The notes beneath the pieces are model-generated. The model searched no databases. It was not told the origin of the DNA and worked only from the letters and a program-made list of their open reading frames with translations. A stretch of 53,954 nt of DNA, filler included, from Sphacelaria rigidula (lineage: Eukaryota), in assembly GCA_964200075.2 (NCBI GenBank). It is 2 parts of 2 records of this genome, joined end to end, with 100 filler letters (N's around TTAATTAATTAA, not from the genome) between each part and the next. Parts side by side here need not be neighbours in the genome. Positions count along the whole stretch, not along the records: positions 27,050 to 53,954 come from CAXNAA020000128.1; 1 more part is not named here. One strand, written 5' to 3'. Below, piece by piece: positions 50,700 through 53,954 of this stretch (positions within the stretch are counted from its first letter, which is position 1; every line of letters begins with the position of its first letter). Made by a program: the position numbers and the translations under genes.

Positions 50700-51990
50700 T
50701 CATTGTAGAGTTTGTGCGAGAAGATTCGACCTTGTAGACGCAAACGTCGTATCGTTCCAGACTCCAGCAAAATCACGATTACCGACCACGAGGAAATTCT
50801 GACACAAAACTTACAGGATATCAAGGATTTCAGTAACACGTAAATCGCCTCTACAGTCTGCAGTGTATGGGGTATGTATATGTGAGAGGGGTGGAAAGAA
50901 CCAGGGTTCTAATGACAGCCTTGTGCATGATGGGGTTGATAAAGTCGGGTGAAGACTTGAGCGAGAAGCTGACACGTGTACGTTAAAAATTCTGTGTTGG
51001 AATTTTTTTCTTTCACTCTTTTGTATTACGAAAACAAACTCTGTATTCTGTGATACAGTAGTAGTGCAGAGAAAGAGGCCACTACACCAAGAGGAGAGCT
51101 GTCAACACCACTCGCTACATATGAACCCCCCCTCCCCCCGCATATATGTACATGTATCATTTCGCATTTTTCACCACTTTTGCCGAGTGTTCTCTGGCTG
51201 CAAGGCATCCTAGCCCGCGCTTTCTTTTGCAGTGCACGAAGGAGGGTCAGCGGTACATTAGAGTTTAGGTTTGGGTGTCATCTGATACCTTTGGCGCGTG
51301 TTCTTGCCATCGAAAGTCGCCCACGCTGGCTTTTTTTCCCGGGGTGTCGATCCCGAACCACAAAAGCCTTTCCAAGATCGTCGAAAACTTCAAACAAGAG
51401 CCACAAGAGCCCGCTCATGGCGGGGTATTTTTCACCGTGATTTTATTTGCGTTCTCGATGATTTGGGAACACGTAGACAGTGGTTATGCAGCGAATGTCA
51501 CGAGAACATGAGAGCAAAGCCATTGAAATTAGCTGGACATTGCCTTGACTTAGTCAGCAGCAAACACAAGTCGAATGATCTGAGATCCCTTATCATTTAG
51601 CCTTGACGTGAAGCCTCGAACACGGTCATATCTGCGTAATATGTGCCTCAATTATGCGAACGTAACAATCCACAAAAAAAGCATCGTGAAGAACATTGAA
51701 GAATGTGTAGATTGGTATTAGAGGAAGGGATCACAGTCACAGCTGCAGCAGGGGAAGTCGCTGATTGCCCGGTGTGCATTGATACGGTGGATACCCACCG
51801 TGCGTGGCATTTTGTTTTTCCAACACCCTGCTGTCTGATGACGGCTAGATAGTGTGGGTACTGTGAGAGTTGATCACGCAGGCTGCGACGGATTCTGCCG
51901 GTCTCATCATCAATCTTCGCGCAGTTACGGACGAACACTCGAAGAAATCCAGCAAATAAGCATCGTTTGTGGTCCGCTATATATGTGAGG
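50700..51990 (-). pseudogene. Possible degenerate intron-containing gene or TE ORF
   Basis: acgcag|..YDRVRGFTSRLNDKGSQIIRLVFAAD*VKAMSS*FQW...GDFRWQEHAPK|gtatc reads as an exon with several stops. Neighbouring segments (IADHKRCLFAGFLRVFVRNCAKIDD; GDLRVTEILDIL*) also look protein-like. No family recognised. Confidence 0.3.
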
Positions 51991-53264
51991 GTTGAAAGCT
52001 GAACATTTACGCTTCAAAAATCTCGACAGTCGAAAATGAAGCTCCTGTCGCGCGACCAGTGGGTAGTGCTGCGGACCTTTGCCGGCGTACCTGGCACTGG
52101 GGGCGACATCCCGGTACAGACAGTTCCAACACTACCGGGACGGCCGTGCACAGGCCGGCAGCCGAAATGGCCGTTGCACTGGTGTTCTCCTAGCGTTAAC
52201 AACTTGGAGTACGGCCGCGCAGGCTTTGCACGCGAATATTTCGGTGATTGCCTCGCTTCCACTTCGGCCATGTGCTGCGGATTATGTATGAAAATGTATT
52301 ACACCCTAGACAAGAGCTTTCTACAGTCAGTATACAATTTAAAAACATGTACTGTGTACAGTATAGAAGCTATTGCCTTCTGCAACGTGCACAATACTCG
52401 TACAAAAGTGGGAACTGCGCGCAGTATGACTTTAAGATAGTGTAGAAATCTCCACGCCGTATGAATTGTTACAGCCGGCTAGCGCGCCGTAGCGGCTGTG
52501 TTACTATCCGCTCAAGATACAGGCAGAGATTATAGCGGCAGAGGCGGCCTATTACTCTTGCGTGCGCCACCTGGGGCAAGTGCACACTTAGCTGCAACAC
52601 CGACCGCTGTACTAGATGTGGCAGAGCGAGGGGTGGTAGACCACGTACACACAGACAGCAAGAATATCATACATATATACTGTATACAAGTGTGACTTGA
52701 AATCCGTGCGCGCGGGGTCGGGCCGGCATTTAGAGAACCCTGCACAAGTTCGCCGTGTACTGCCGGGACGCGACCTTATGTCAGTAGCAATCACTTGCGA
52801 TGTGTGCTGTGACGGGTCTCGTGCGTGATGGTGTTTTTTCCACCTCCGCACACCGGCCGTGAAGCGAGCTCTCCATGCTGGAAGTGTCCACCGCTCTTCC
52901 CGCCACTCTTGGTCTGAGACATTCGAAACTGCGAAATGTGACAATACGAGTATCTACTGGAAGGTACATACTCTCCCACACAATCGCCTCCATAATATAA
53001 AAAAAAAAGAATAAAATTGGTATACTTTCGACTTGCGTCACCCCCGGGAGGCCAGTATCAACCTCCCGAAGGGGAACCTTGTATATATATATTCATAGGT
53101 TACTGTGGCGGGTACAAGACGATTTGATTCATTGATTGATTGATTTGTTGATTGTCGCGCTTTGACTGGACACCCATGGGTCCAGCCGTGGTCGCATGAT
53201 GACCGAAATGAGTATAAGAGGCATGACAGAAATAAGCGGAAACGAAGCGCCAAAACAGGAAGTA

Positions 53265-53790
53265 GATGAAGATACGGAGGGTTGAGAGAAGGGATAGGGA
53301 TGAAAATTATCTGCATGACACTATGGACTCCGCGAAAAAATTGAAACTGCACGTCGGGGTAGGGGACCTAGATATACCATAAATAAATACGTATATCAGT
53401 AGTCGAGTGGAGGAAGACGTAGATGCACAGAGTTGTCCATGTGGGAAAGCTTTACAGAGTATGACTAATATATTGCCAGAATGTGAGCTGGCAAGAAGAA
53501 GCAGGAGGTGGTGGAGGGGGAAATATGGGAAGTAAACGAAGGTGGGACGAAAATGTTCGATACATGAGACAGAAGGGACATAAGATGGATGGTGCTGACC
53601 ACAGACGGCGAAACAGAAGGGGCATAAGATATTCAAACATTTTCTGTGTAATGTATGGAAGAAACACAATGAGCGCCCAAATGTCTGAGGCGTCTCTAAT
53701 TGGAGTAGACAAGGGTGCTCCGTTACGAAAAGGATGCGTGGTCAATGGTCAACGACTATGGCGAGCAACAAATGAGTACCCCCCCCCCCC
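53265..53790 (+). mobile_element. LINE 3' fragment
   Basis: gaagatacggagggttgagagaagggatagggatg...ttgaaactgc..gtaggggacctaga...tgtccatgtgggaaagc is colinear with 26750-26949 and then with 44780-45135. Confidence 0.88.
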
Positions 53791-53795
53791 CCCCT

Positions 53796-53954
53796 TGCTC
53801 CGTCTCGAAAGGGATGCGTGGTCAATGTCCAGACGACTGAGGCAAGCAACAAATGAGCACGCCCCTCTCCTCCTATCCTTGACTCATGTTCGGATGGAAA
53901 AAAAGGTCACCCCAAGCGTCCACCACTGGTGGAAACGACAGGGCTGTTGCGGGG
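53796..53954 (+). repeat. Near-identical direct copy of 45549-45707 (LINE end plus start of the propeller-like gene), truncated by the window end
   Basis: 159 bp with 2 mismatches by eye, offset 8247 bp. Confidence 0.93.

Overview
This is eukaryotic, intron-rich DNA of roughly balanced GC content. Its intron style and repeat types suggest a brown alga or another stramenopile, but that is inference. There are no prokaryotic operons, CRISPR arrays, rRNA genes or intact tRNA genes. Three multi-exon genes could be rebuilt by hand from splice sites with consistent phases. (1) A minus-strand TM/coiled-coil protein gene (ATG ~9913, running towards the window start). (2) A divergent plus-strand gene of ~13 kb (10503-23780) with two p25alpha/EF-hand-like helical repeats, a GC-AG intron and an apparent in-frame stop next to a MITE. 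(3) A plus-strand gene for a probable beta-propeller-like protein (~45.6-50.4 kb), whose first exon reappears at the window end. The rest is a dense transposon landscape: a degenerate LINE RT plus three 3' fragments, two copies of a tRNA-derived SINE, several hairpin MITEs, and a 2.6-kb inverted-repeat structure with a nested MITE in one arm and an apparent excision footprint in the other. There is also a tandem array of hairpin units and an inverted-duplicated pseudogene that may be a Crypton/GCR1_C remnant. Three N gaps are present, one holding an artificial six-frame-stop linker. I could not demonstrate a clearly novel biological system; the best leads are ranked in the findings. All protein-family calls come from motif recognition by eye, not from database searches.
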